In this document: positions 24,286-35,622 of the stretch, in pieces | Numbering within the stretch: the stretch's first letter is position 1 | Layout: each line of letters opens with the position of its first letter | Origin: Octopus bimaculoides | Lineage: Eukaryota | Reading direction: 5' to 3' | DNA length: 47,782 bases | Assembly (NCBI RefSeq): GCF_001194135.2 | Contig: NC_068988.1 | Span: forward strand, 73,835,839-73,883,620 | Notes under the pieces: generated by a model | Database searches by the model: none | What the model was told of the DNA's origin: nothing | Seen by the model: the letters and a program-made list of their open reading frames with translations, nothing else | Translations under genes and position numbers: made by a program

Positions 24286-25025
24286 AATAATTATTCACAA
24301 ATAATATCACCCACTTTCAATTTATATTAAGTTTATAGCAACTAACACTCACAAATAAACATCCAACTTAAACAACAGGGTCATGATAATATCATGATAT
24401 AAAGAAAAGAAAATATATTTCATCAAGAACAGGTTGGTTCCCATGATGGGATACATGCATAAAGTTTAAATCAATATAAATGAAAGAATATGTACAAAAT
24501 CCTAAACACAGAAGATACCCAAATGCAGTCCAATGAAATATTTTTTTATGGTTTATGCATTTTATTTCTTACATTATACATTGATGTTTTCCCTGATTTA
24601 TGAGAATGCATTACTCAACTATTTACCCACAACTTTAAAGGAATCGATAGTATCTTTTACTTTTCAGAAAATGTTAGAGGGAATACAAAAAAAAAATGAA
24701 ATAATAATAAAAATGAAAAAATTATAATTAGCTTCTTCTATACAGGGCTCAAATGCACAACTCGAAAAAGTAAAAAACAAAAAAAAAAGGACAAAGAGGA
24801 AAGGGTACATAGGCACATTGGGGGTTGTATTGACAAACTTCAGGGAACATGAGTATTGTGTGTTTTAATTTAAACTATCACAATGGTAAACTATCTCACC
24901 AATGTAGATATAGTTGAAGCTATGTAAAATATAGTGTTAGCAGGTTAATATCATATTGTTATATTCTACCAGTGTGAATATCTTTAGTAGATATTTTTTC
25001 ATAGAATGACTTCTAACACTGACAA

Positions 25026-26462
25026 TTATTCTCCTGCATGAATACATTCATGTGTAGATAAGAGACTTTTGCGAGAGAATGATTTACTACAGATGTAGCA
25101 GTGATATGGTTTTTCTCCTCTATGAATATGTCTGTGTGCAGCCAACTGATCATTTCGAGAGAATGACTTACCACAGATATCACACTGATATGGTTTTGCT
25201 CCTGTATGAATACGTTTGTGAGTATTTGATTCACTACTCTGAGAGAAAGATTTACCACAAATATCACACTGATATGGTTTCTCTCCTGTGTGAATGCGTT
25301 TGTGAGTAGTTAAGTTACTTCCTGCATGGAATGACTTGCCACAGATATCGCAGTGATATGGTTTCTCTCCTGTGTGAATGCGTTCGTGAGTAGTTAAGTG
25401 ATATTTTCTAGAGAATGATTTACCACAGATATCACAGTGGTAGGGTTTCTCTCCAGTATGAATTCGTTTGTGAGTAATTAGGTTACTTCTTACAGAGAAT
25501 GACTTTTCACAGATATTACATTGATAAGGCTTCAGTCCTGTATGAATACGTTTGTGGTTAGCGAAATTATTACTTCCAGAGAATGATTTGCCACAGACAT
25601 CACAATGATATGGTTTCTCACCAGTATGAATACGTTTGTGAGAAATTAAGTGCTCATTTTGTGAAAATGATTTACCACAGATATCACAATGATATGGCTT
25701 AGCTCCTGTATGAGTGCGTTTGTGAGTAATTAAGTGATAATTTCTAGAGAATGATTTACCACAAATATCACAATTATATGGTTTCTCTCCAGTATGAATG
25801 CGTCTATGTGCAGTTAAGCTACTGTAATCAGAAAAAGATTTATCACAGATATCACAGCAATATGGTTTCTCCCCTGTATGTATACGTATGTGTTTAGTTA
25901 AGGTACTATTTACAGAGAATGATTTACCACAGATATCACAATGATATGGTTTCTCTCCTGTATGAATACGTTTATGGGTAGATAAACCACATGTTTGTGG
26001 GAATGATTTGCCACAGATATCACAGTGATATGGTTTCTCTCCTGTATGAATACGCTTGTGGGTAGATAAACGACACGTTTGTGGGAAAGATTTGCCACAG
26101 ATATCACAGCGATATGGTTTCTCCCCTGTATGAATACGTGTGTGGTTAGTTAAATAATCATTCCTAGAGAATGATTTACCACAGATATTACAGTGATAGG
26201 GTTTCTCACCTGTATGAATACGCTTGTGTGTAGTTAAGGAATTTCCTTCAGTGAAGGACTTACCACAAATATCACAGTGATATGCTTTCTCTTTTGCATG
26301 AATGTGCTTATGTTTAGTCAAGCTGCCCGACTGAGAGAATGATTTACCACAAATATCACAGTAATACGGCTTTTCTCCTGTATGAATACGTTTGTGAGTA
26401 GTTAAGTAACTATTTTTACAGAATGATAAACCACAGATATTACAGAGATATGATTTTCCCAT
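25026..26462 (-). CDS. C2H2 zinc-finger array protein (478 aa from first ATG; 17 fingers)
   Basis: ORF track starts at a GTG (26543); frame is closed by TGA near 26606 and first ATG is at 26462 (MGKSYLCNICG...); TGEKPY-linked fingers. Confidence 0.93.
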   Translation of the reverse strand: MGKSYLCNICGLSFCKNSYLTTHKRIHTGEKPYYCDICGKSFSQSGSLTKHKHIHAKEKAYHCDICGKSFTEGNSLTTHKRIHTGEKPYHCNICGKSFSRNDYLTNHTRIHTGEKPYRCDICGKSFPQTCRLSTHKRIHTGEKPYHCDICGKSFPQTCGLSTHKRIHTGEKPYHCDICGKSFSVNSTLTKHIRIHTGEKPYCCDICDKSFSDYSSLTAHRRIHTGEKPYNCDICGKSFSRNYHLITHKRTHTGAKPYHCDICGKSFSQNEHLISHKRIHTGEKPYHCDVCGKSFSGSNNFANHKRIHTGLKPYQCNICEKSFSVRSNLITHKRIHTGEKPYHCDICGKSFSRKYHLTTHERIHTGEKPYHCDICGKSFHAGSNLTTHKRIHTGEKPYQCDICGKSFSQSSESNTHKRIHTGAKPYQCDICGKSFSRNDQLAAHRHIHRGEKPYHCYICSKSFSRKSLLSTHECIHAGE

Positions 26463-26893
26463 GTTCTTTGCAGGTCTTGAATAAAAATGTTTATTCCTTA
26501 AGTTTCTTTCAAAATTAGTTTTCCATAATTTTATTGCCTCCACAAGATATGGCTCATTTTCTTGTTTTTTGTACTTACAAATAGTTTTACATCTATATTT
26601 CCATCAGTTGTGATCTTTGTCCATATCTGAAGATGTTGCAAGCTTCTTTATAAAATTTCTCCAAGTCTAGTTAGAAAGTAAACACATTTGGTACAAATTC
26701 CAAATAGTGAAGTAGAGAAATGTTATTAACAATCTCACTCAGAGGAAATATTTCACAGTTATTCTACAACAGACATATAAATTGAGTTATACCTATTTTG
26801 TATAACACCTTCTATTAGTCTCTAAAAGATGATAAACATTGATGACGATGTAGCTGATGTAAAAAATCCTTTTAATCCAATGCCATTTGATAT

Positions 26894-26913
26894 TCTGAAG
26901 TAAAAAGAGAAAC
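26894..26913 (-). other. Splice acceptor for the ZNF2 main exon
   Basis: rc gtttctctttttacttcAG|aatatcaaa; homologous to 11461. Confidence 0.75.
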
Positions 26914-27019
26914 TGTATAAGACATAGAGGATACTTAAAGATTCAACATTAGAAATTTTACTACATTTCTATATCTATAAAATATAGGTATAAACATTTA
27001 CCTGAGCCTTTAAATTTAA

Positions 27020-28270
27020 CTATATAATTTCTGATAAAATGCAAAACGCCCACCCCCATTTATGAGTAATGCAACGATATATTAAAATCCAAATTTCACG
27101 AAGAAACAAAAACAGAAAACAGAAGAACAGATACAAACAAGTGAGCAAGCTGACAATGGCCAATAGTCCAAGGTGAGCACGAAGTAGAACTAGGAGAAAC
27201 AGAAACCTTGGGAAAAGAAAGCCTATGTAATCTCTAAGTCCTATATAAATGGTAGCAAATGACAGAAATAGGCTGTCAATTTGCTCATGCCAAACCCTGT
27301 GAGAACTGCTACCAATGGAATAAAAACTGCCAAGAGGATCAGCAGGGGCACACAACCATGTCACAGCACATACTATCTCTACCCTGGAAATACGCAGATG
27401 TTGCACATACTGCTTGCAAGAAAAAACAATATACATATGCAGTATGGACAGCAGCCAAACAGCAGTCTTTTTTAAATATGGCACAGAGAATTGTAACACA
27501 GCTGACCTGTTTACATCAAATCATCATCCAGTGTTTTAAATCTGGGTTTTGTTCCCGTTAACGGGGGTGGCCAGATCTACCTCAATGCCAAAGAAACGGA
27601 GGTAGGCAGGTGCAGCCCACCCCAACTTTTGGGCTGGCTGGCTGGTGACCATTCTCCTTTGCTATCATGAGGCTTTTTTGGAGCTGGATTTTCTATGGGG
27701 AGCATGCCCTTGCTTACTCCCAACCACAGTTTCTAAACATGAGTGGTCCCGAGACCAAGGCCTCTACCACGATTTTTAAAAAATGTGGTGAAAAACTAGC
27801 TCAGGAAGGCAGAGATGTTACTCCCTGAGACCCCCTTTTGGAGCCCCCCTACCTAATACAGAATCAAAGTTATGCACTCCAGCACTCAACACCACCACAA
27901 ACAACAAAAGAGACAGAGTGGCCACCTCTGACACTGCTACAAACACCACACCAAAGGTCACTTCTGATGCCCAATATATCACCACAATTTTACTGCTAAA
28001 TGCCAAAGGCCTTGTAAGACATACCAAGCAATTTAAAATCCCATACCTGAGAGACCTAGTTACATATAATCAAGCAATATGCATGAGACTAACATAAATG
28101 CATCTGCCAAAATACACATACCAAAGAATGTTTTATTTCATACTGATAGGTGAGAAAGAACTCAGGGTGGAGTTTTAGTGACAAAATTCAACACTTCATG
28201 ACAATCATGCAAACCATATACAGTTCCGGAGAGAATTTTCAACCAACAAAAACATAATTTCAAGAATTAA
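27020..28270 (+). mobile_element. CR1/L2-group LINE 5' fragment (ORF1 zinc finger plus APE endonuclease start), decayed
   Basis: GCQFAHAKPC (CxFxHPxxC-like) at ~27270; TILLLNAKGL...KIPYLRD...LFHTDR*ERTQGGVLV at 27980-28180. Confidence 0.65.
27520..27760 (-). mobile_element. Diverged RTE tail nested in the LINE
   Basis: catcatcatccagtgttt...gcatgcccttgcttactcccaacc. Confidence 0.45.
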
Positions 28271-29734
28271 TTTCTAGAATTTCAATGAGACGAAGAACAA
28301 AGATCTCAAACCATTTAAATAGGTTATCAAATAGAGAAGAATGCACTGCAAGCACTGTTTAAGACTGAAAATGAACACACCCCACTGAATATTTCTGTTT
28401 ATAATTTTATATTTTTGGAGAACCTGAGAAGATTGTTGCTGGAATTTATCCACAGTGATTTTAAAAAAGAGGTACATAAAACATATTTTATTTTAATAGC
28501 ACACTTTTCTGTTTTCTTACACACAGCGTTGCTTGGTTGNNNNNNNNNNNNNNNNNNNNNNNNNNNNNNNNNNNNNNNNNNNNNNNNNNNNNNNNNNNNN
28601 NNNNNNNNNNNNNNNNNNNNNNNNNNNNNNNNNNNNNNNNNNNNNNNNNNNNNNNNNNNNNNNNNNNNNNNNNNNNNNNNNNNNNNNNNNNNNNNNNNNN
28701 NNNNNNNNNNNNNNNNNNNNNNNNNNNNNNNNNNNNNNNNNNNNNNNNNNNNNNNNNNNNNNNNNNNNNNNNNNNNNNNNNNNNNNNNNNNNNNNNNNNN
28801 NNNNNNNNNNNNNNNNNNNNNNNNNNNNNNNNNNNNNNNNNNNNNNNNNNNNNNNNNNNNNNNNNNNNNNNNNNNNNNNNNNNNNNNNNNNNNNNNNNNN
28901 NNNNNNNNNNNNNNNNNNNNNNNNNNNNNNNNNNNNNNNNNNNNNNNNNNNNNNNNNNNNNNNNNNNNNNNNNNNNNNNNNNNNNNNNNNNNNNNNNNNN
29001 NNNNNNNNNNNNNNNNNNNNNNNNNCCACAATTTTTTTAACTTTTCACTCTTTTTTTGAAATTTTTTTCAATCCATGCAGAAAAATACGAAGATTACAAA
29101 CCTGGGAAAAAATTTTTTTTTGATTTTAATTTTTCTTACAAAATACCCTATTCTCCTCCGTGCTTTCAAAAAGCTAAAAACTCTGTTTTACTTTAGTCAC
29201 GCATACATGGATTTCTGCTTAAACAGCAAATAAAAAAGTATCATACCAACACCAGAAAACCCAGTATGCTAGAAAGAACAGCTAAATGTATGGAAAATAT
29301 TTTTCTTCTCATTTAACCCATTTTCCCTTCTTTTTTAAAACATAAATGACAATCGCCCACAAAAATTTTTTTTGTTTTCAGGTGTTTTACATATTTTGTA
29401 CGATTTCTGAAAAAAGTTCATTTTAAGTTTATATTGAAGATCAGGATTTCAATTGGAGTTGAGCTGTAATTTTTGCATGCACACGACAAAAGAAAATTGC
29501 GGAAGGTTTTTCCTTTTTTTTCTCATGCCAAGTCACATATTATTTTCATGTTGTGTTTATATAGAAACAGCAAATAATTTGTACTGAAATTTTACCCAAT
29601 CACAATTATATTGAACTATGTTTATCCACAACCAAAATCTGTGAATGTGTGTGTGTGTGTGTAACAGAAACGTACACAAGTTTTGTAACAAAGGAAGCTA
29701 TTTTTACATACCTTTCTTAATTGCAAAACATTGC

Positions 29735-29869
29735 AGGCAAAGCTGTGTGGTAAGAAGCTGGCTTCTCAACCACATGGCACCTTGAGCAAGTGTCTTCTAT
29801 TATAGCCTTGGGCTGATCAAACCCTTGTGAATGGATATGGTAGATGGAAGCTGAATCCCATCATATATA
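29735..29869 (+). mobile_element. SINE 5' half (split by LINE insertion)
   Basis: Matches 6495-6660 up to the internal tatata. Confidence 0.8.
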
Positions 29870-31543
29870 AGCCCCCAGCCCATCAGGAATCACTGCCAAG
29901 ATGCTTAAAATATCTGGCGGTATAGGTTCTGGTCTAGTCACACACATAGTTAACCAGGTGGTACATGAAGGAGTTATACCCAATGACTAGTGTAGCAGCA
30001 CCATAGTCAACTGCTACAAAGGTAAAAGTGACACTTAAACAGAAATAATTAGAGGTATCAAATTGTTAGATCAGGTGATGAAAGTCACAGGGAGGGTCAT
30101 AGCCCAGCTAATTAAGGAAAGAGTAAGTCTAGATAAGATGCAGTTTGGTTTTGTGCCAGGGAGAAGCACTACTGATGCTATATTTCTGGTAAGGCAGCTG
30201 CAGGAGAAATACATAGCCAAAGATAAACCTCTGTACTTGGCCTTTGTTGAAATGGAGAAAGCCTTTGACAGGGTCCCCCAATCATATTATCTGGTGATCA
30301 ACAAGGAAACTAAGGATAGGCAAGTGGTTGGTGAAAACTGTACAAGCCATGTACAGGGATGCTGTCAGTAACGCAAGAGTTAGCAACAAGTATAGTGAAG
30401 AATTCAGGGTACAAATAGGGGTTCACCAAGGCTCAGTCCTCAGCCCCCTCTTGTTCATCATAGTCCTCCAGGCAATAACAGAGGAATATAAGACAAGCTG
30501 TCCCTAGAAGCTCCTCTATGCTGATGACATTGTTCTTATAGCTGAATTACTACCTGAACTAGAGAAGAAGTCTCAGGTGTGGAAGTAAGGTCTAGAATTG
30601 AAGGGCCCTAGAGTTAACCTAACAAAAGCCAAAGTCTTAATAAGTAAGAAAGCAGACAAATCACAAACCCCCTCAGGTAGATGGCCCTGCTCGATCGGCA
30701 GGAAAGGCATAGTTAGAAATTCCATAAGATGTACTTGGTGTAATCTATGGACACATAAGAGGTGCAGCAATATCAGAGGAAGGTTAACAGGTAAACTAGT
30801 TTTTGTATGTGGATGGTGCACAAGTACAGAAAATAGACTCCATCAAATGCCTGTGGGGAAAACTAGAAGTAGTTGATAGCTTCCATTACCTAGGTAACCA
30901 AGTCAGTAGCAGAGGTGGATGCTCTGAGAGCATAACTACTAGAATAAGAATAGGTTGGGCAAAGTTCAGGGAGCTCCTACCTCTGCTGGTAACAAAGGGC
31001 CTCTCCCTCAGCATGAAAGGCAGATTGTATGATGCCTGCTGCACAGCAGTGAAACATGGGCTGCCAAGGACATGCGTAGGCTTGAAAGAAATGAAGTTAG
31101 TATGCTTCACTCAATGTGCACTGTCAGTGTGCATATGCACAACAGAGTGTAAACATCTTGAGAGAAAAGTTGGGCATAAGATGTGGACAGCTGAGTGAAG
31201 AAGTGCCAGTCTCTACTAGTGGAAGGAAGCTGTGGAAAAGGGAGACCCAGGAAGCCATGGGACTAGGCGTTGAAGAATGATCTTCAAACGTTGCATCTCA
31301 CAGAGGCAATGACTAGTGACCGAGACCGTTGGCGATATGCTGTGCTTGAGAAGACCTGAAAAGTCAAGTGAAATGATAGTTGCGGCTGTTGTCTGTTGAA
31401 GTGGTTGGCATTAGGAAGGGCATCCAGCTGTAGAAACCATGCCAAATCAGACAGGAGTCTGGTGGAACTCCTCAACTTACCAGCCCTGGTCAAACTGTCC
31501 AACCCATGCCAGCATGGACAAATGGATGCTAAATGATGATGAT
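29870..31543 (+). mobile_element. RTE LINE, 5'-truncated, RT plus PHD-like module plus tail
   Basis: APSPSGIT; QFGFVPGRSTTDAIF; EKAFDRVP; KLLYADDIVLIA; WPCSIGRKG...HKRC; (GAT)n end. Confidence 0.92.
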
Positions 31544-31745
31544 TTGTGTTTGTCCCTCCACCATCGTGTGACAACCAATGTTGGTGTGTTTACATCCCAG
31601 TAAGTTAGCAGTTTGGCAAAAGAGACTGATATGAGGCTGACAAAGAATAAGCTCTGGAGTTGATTGCTTTCACTAAAAACCCTTAAAGGCAGTGCTCCAG
31701 TAAATCCAGTCAAAATGACAGAAACAAGCAAAAGAATAAAAGAAA
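31544..31745 (+). mobile_element. SINE 3' half
   Basis: tgtgtttgtccc...gacaaccaatgttggtgtgttt...gaaacaagcaaaagaataaaaga matches 6700-6902. Confidence 0.8.
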
Positions 31746-32371
31746 AAAAGTATACTCTCAGCCATGGTTGTTGATCCCGTAAGGATTTTCTTTCTATTTT
31801 GTTTCCTCATAACTTTCTGAAAAATGGGAAAGGACAGAGATGCGTATTGTATACCCCCANNNNNNNNNNNNNNNNNNNNNNNNNNNNNNNNNNNNNNNNN
31901 NNNNNNNNNNNNNNNNNNNNNNNNNNNNNNNNNNNNNNNNNNNNNNNNNNNNNNNNNNNNNNNNNNNNNNNNNNNNNNNNNNNNNNNNNNNNNNNNNNNN
32001 NNNNNNNNNNNNNNNNNNNNNNNNNNNNNNNNNNNNNNNNNNNNNNNNNNNNNNNNNNNNNNNNNNNNNNNNNNNNNNNNNNNNNNNNNNNNNNNNNNNN
32101 NNNNNNNNNNNNNNNNNNNNNNNNNNNNNNNNNNNNNNNNNNNNNNNNNNNNNNNNNNNNNNNNNNCACAAAACTTAACTTGGTAAAGTTTTACCAAATC
32201 ACTCACAAAATTTTTTTTGTTTACAGGTTTTTTACATATTTCATACGATTTCCATGCACACAGCAAAAGAAGATTGTCGAAGGTTTTTCTCTTCTTTCTA
32301 TGCCAAGCCACATATTACTTTCATGTTGTGTTTATATAGAAATAGCAAATAGTTTGTACTGAAGTTAGTTT

Positions 32372-33348
32372 TGTAAACGACCATGCGAAGGAGAGGTGAC
32401 GAGAATGGCTCCTTTAGTACATCGCACGGTCAATACAATAAATATGAAAAGGATAAATGTGTATGAGTGCCAGAAGGAAAAGATAGACACAACCGAGCAG
32501 AATGTTTAAGAGAAGATTTTATTGATAGGTTAACATGTGTGTCTGTGTGTGTGCATCATATAAACATAATAATAGACAGGCCATCATGTATGTGTGTGCA
32601 TTAAGTACAGAGCATTGAAAGCGTCTATAATATGACGTTAGAAGAATGTTCAGACACAAGGATGATAAATATCAGCTCATAGTCAAGGTACACAATAGTT
32701 GAAATGCCGTATCAAGAAGTTGTGGCTGTAATGCAGAGCCGGTTGAGGTACATGTCGTATAAGAAGTTGTGGCTACAATGCTACTGCTGGTCTCCTGTTA
32801 CAGGAGTTCTCGCAGGTTGTATTTGCTGCTAACCATGGTGAAGTAATTCACAAACAGTGTGGAGATAGAACCTGCGCGAGTGTTGCTGTGTACGTAGAGA
32901 GATGATGTTGACGACGTTAAGAAGATGGAGGTGACGAAGAAAGAGATTGCCGTATGCTGTTGGACGAGAGTTGATGAGTCTCCATGTGGCTGCTGTTGTG
33001 TTGTCGCTGGAACTGGCTGTGTGCTCTGTGGTCAGTGGCTAGACCTCAAAAGGTCTAGAACCAAAAGACTTCGAGATGGTGTGAAGCTAGCGTCTTATAG
33101 AGAGCAGTCGGTGCAAACTGAGATTTAGAAGAGACTGTCTCACGTGACCTTATCAGAAGGCTGCAATTGGTTGGGTTGCATATTGGCGCGCAATAGAGTA
33201 AGAGACAAACTGCGCCAATACCAACCAATCAGAGTAGTGGACACAACAGGGTCCAAATGGGCAGCCGAAGGCTAGCTGCTATCTACTATATCCGTATTTA
33301 TGTATATATAACAGAGAGAGAGGAATTTCCCTCAAGTCGTATGCTACA
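32372..33348 (-). mobile_element. Solo LTR (977 bp)
   Basis: TG...CA termini, 4-bp TSD gttt (32368-71 / 33349-52); interrupts a sequence that is contiguous in the paralogous copy at 29580-29600; minus-strand CCAAT boxes (33166, 33182), TATA-like (33094-33100) and AATAAA (32518-23) in the correct order. Confidence 0.75.
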
Positions 33349-33485
33349 GTTTTATCCAGTCACAATTGTATTGAACTATGTTTATCCACAACCAACTTCT
33401 GTGTGTGTGTGTGTGTGTGTGTGCAACAAACGTACACAAGTTTTTTTTTTAATCAAAAGAAGTTATTTTTACATACCTTTCTTAA

Positions 33486-34644
33486 TCTTAATATATAAAG
33501 CTGAAGTTGTGTCTGTGTGAAGCCTTTTTAAAAGTGTATAGAAATCCACATTTTCCACTTTTTTTGTAAAATTTTTTACATCAATGGAATTTTCTCGATG
33601 TAAACTTTCCAGTGCAGTAATTAGATTTTTTAAATTCCGTTTACTTTGTGTGATTTAAGGGAGATTTGGTTGTTGTTTCTAGCAACTTTTATATTTCTTC
33701 CCTTCTACCTNNNNNNNNNNNNNNNNNNNNNNNNNNNNNNNNNNNNNNNNNNNNNNNNNNNNNNNNNNNNNNNNNNNNNNNNNNNNNNNNNNNNNNNNNN
33801 NNNNNNNNNNNNNNNNNNNNNNNNNNNNNNNNNNNNNNNNNNNNNNNNNNNNNNNNNNNNNNNNNNNNNNNNNNNNNNNNNNNNNNNNNNNNNNNNNNNN
33901 NNNNNNNNNNNNNNNNNNNNNNNNNNNNNNNNNNNNNNNNNNNNNNNNNNNNNNNNNNNNNNNNNNNNNNNNNNNNNNNNNNNNNNNNNNNNNNNNNNNN
34001 NNNNNNNNNNNNNNNNNNNNNNNNNNNNNNNNNNNNNNNNNNNNNNNNNNNNNNNNNNNNNNNNNNNNNNNNNNNNNNNNNNNNNNNNNNNNNNNNNNNN
34101 NNNNNNNNNNNNNNNNNNNNNNNNNNNNNNNNNNNNNNNNNNNNNNNNNNNNNNNNNNNNNNNNNNNNNNNNNNNNNNNNNNNNNNNNNNNNNNNNNNNN
34201 NNNNNNNNNNNNNNNNNNNNNNNNNNNNNNNNNNNNNNNNNNNNNNNNNNNNNNNNNNNNNNNNNNNNNNNNNNNNNNNNNNNNNNNNNNNNNNNNNNNN
34301 NNNNNNNNGAATTCTGGCAAAACTGTGTAGCAACAGATCACCAGCAATTGCTTCATCACAAATTGCCGTCCTAGCTCCTGCGAAAAGGGATTACCCTGCT
34401 ATGTATAATCAGGGCAGTGCAAAAAGTTGTTTTGCACAAGCATTTCTATAGCTAATTAGACGGATGAAATTTACGTACGCTCAGACTTTCCCTATTAATT
34501 TCATCGTCTTTTGAATTATGAACACATTTACATTAAGGGTTTTTTCATTGTAAGGCTTTCTTTTTTAGTTGATTTTCACCTAGCAAGACTTATCGTAGAT
34601 GGCGTAATAAGTCACACCCGGACAAGGTTGGGTTATACTGCTAG
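33486..34644 (+). mobile_element. Non-autonomous Helitron-like element (spans a gap)
   Basis: A|TCttaatatataaagctgaag 5' end; acccggacaaggttgggttatactgCTAG|T 3' end. Confidence 0.6.
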
Positions 34645-35622
34645 TTCCAGAATAAGAAAAAGTTGAATATACTTTCAAAACTGGACTTCAATCATGATTG
34701 TTCATCCCCTAAGAACTGTGTATGTGTAGGGGTGGGTGGAGGTCGGTGTGAGCATGCAAGAAAAACATTTATGGAAAGGTCAATATAAAGATCTTTACCC
34801 GGGAACAAAAAAAATAATATAAACCAGCCTGGTGGGTGTTAACAAATATGTAGAAAACGAGTATGAAAAAAAAATGCGCGCTGACGACTCTGGGGGTGGA
34901 GGTGGGGAGGGGACTTTTAGAAAATTCACAAGATCTGATTTTTCAGTCATAACTGCCTTTACTTTTGTTGCTTATATCCCAGCAAAGGGACGTGTTTATG
35001 GGCGGGGTATTAAAATAACATCAATGCATGTGAGAGTGCTAAAGAAACGAGGAAGGTAGTCGTGGGATGTGCTAGAAACAACATCCAAATCACATCTTTG
35101 CGTCTAAAAATATTTACAATTTTCTTTTTACTGAAAAGACTTCTCCCATGGTTTTACAGTGCGTAATGCCAAAAAAAAAAACACAAAAATTTGGCCATAA
35201 TCGATCCTGAGTGAGATGACGAGGGGGGGGGGGGGGAATCAAATTTTCAAAAAGATACCCCCATCATTTCGAAGGCCGTGGTGAAAAAAAAAAAGTCATT
35301 GTCAAAACTGAGAACATCCAACACGTGGGCGTCCAGATCCGAAACTCTGCCAAAAATTAATTGAGGAAATCAGTTTCAGTTTCGTAACATTTTCCTTCGT
35401 GGAATACAATTGTAATTAACCTAATTAGATTCATTTCTGTACGTATATTTATCTCGAAATCATTGAATGAATGACTGAAATATTCATCTAATCTTCAGCA
35501 TGTTTACAATTTAACCTAATACTCATTAAAAGCTATTTGACGATCCATATGCCGATCACCAATGAATTTTAATTATTATAAAACGTAAACATAGAAATAT
35601 CTTAACAAAGGAACAAAAAATT

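Noticed and set aside
25013-26107. Overlapping ORFs 25013-25267, 25079-25309 and 25910-26107
   Set aside because: Off-frame or antisense shadows of the periodic finger repeat.
26463-26543. N-terminal extension MEAIKLWK... of ZNF2 in the ORF track
   Set aside because: It starts at GTG, a prokaryotic-style call; the first ATG in frame is 26462.
27020-27499. 159-aa hydrophobic minus-strand ORF as a membrane protein
   Set aside because: Antisense of an A-rich LINE ORF1 remnant; the hydrophobicity is a compositional artefact.
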